This document shows positions 44,520-44,691 of a stretch of 44,691 nt of DNA, piece after piece. The position numbers were made by a program, and so were the translations under genes. The notes beneath the pieces were generated by a model, which had not been told where the DNA came from, searched no databases, and saw only the letters and a list, made by a program, of their open reading frames with translations. This DNA is from an uncultured beta proteobacterium. GTDB taxonomy: Bacteria; Pseudomonadota; Gammaproteobacteria; Burkholderiales; Burkholderiaceae_C. The stretch is taken from assembly GCA_903928635.1 (NCBI GenBank), contig CAIYRQ010000043.1, forward strand, positions 1 to 44,691, given 5' to 3'. Position 1 is the stretch's first letter. Each line of letters begins with the position of its first letter.

Positions 44520-44691
44520 GTCTGCAAGTGCCACCGGACCGGCATCCTGAACCGGGGTTCAGGTGGGCAAGGTCAGCCACGCATTGGGTCCGTCTAACGC
44601 GAGACGGTCACGCTTGCGGTGGCGATGTTCCAAGCCCTGGCTCATAGAGCATAGGTTCAAGGAAATATAAAGCCCGGCGAGCACCGCAGAC
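44520..44691 (-). ncRNA. ssrS: 6S RNA (5' end may extend slightly beyond the window)
   Basis: Minus strand starts GTCTGCGGTGC and ends GCACTTGCAGAC (closing stem); CTTGAACC near the 5' side and CTGAACC..GGTTCAGG near the 3' side as in 6S RNAs; about 172 nt. Confidence 0.85.

Noticed and set aside
42839-44545. 568-aa minus-strand ORF across TauE and phaB
   Set aside because: Alternative frame of TauE joined to antisense phaB, running through a strong terminator
44520-44691. Possible riboswitch upstream of the TauE exporter
   Set aside because: End-to-end closing stem and TGAACC/GGTTCA elements fit 6S RNA better

Overview
GC-rich core-genome segment of a betaproteobacterium, most consistent with Comamonadaceae (judged from gene order and protein style). 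It contains: a partial SAM-methyltransferase, a glycine-zipper lipoprotein, a lone Y1/HUH (RAYT/IS200-like) transposase gene, gltBD, the mlaFEDACB-ABC-bolA-murA-his-HIT-tatABC superoperon (with a hexose-6-phosphate mutarotase-like gene between hisA and hisF), a DegS/HtrA protease, Nif3, pdxA, petABC, sspAB, tRNA-Thr(TGT), tRNA-Leu(CAG), rnr, a minus-strand ABM/FAH/Nudix/DEDDh-GIY-YIG cluster, pgeF, phaCAB, a TauE exporter and 6S RNA at the right edge. No CRISPR array, prophage or integrase is visible. The best candidate for an undescribed system is at 1202-2066: a HUH transposase gene with intact catalytic motifs, bracketed by a 21-bp inverted pair of hairpin-forming CTGACCCC boxes (plus a third partial copy). 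One box sits at the gene's own start and another abuts overlapping sigma54-like and sigma70-like promoters of glutamate synthase. Also notable: rnr lacks a canonical start codon and interlocks with the divergent tRNA-Leu promoter, a 56-codon ORF below the ORF-track cutoff is coupled between the Nudix and exonuclease genes, and the petC-sspA spacer is structured. All calls come from reading motifs by eye; no searches were run.
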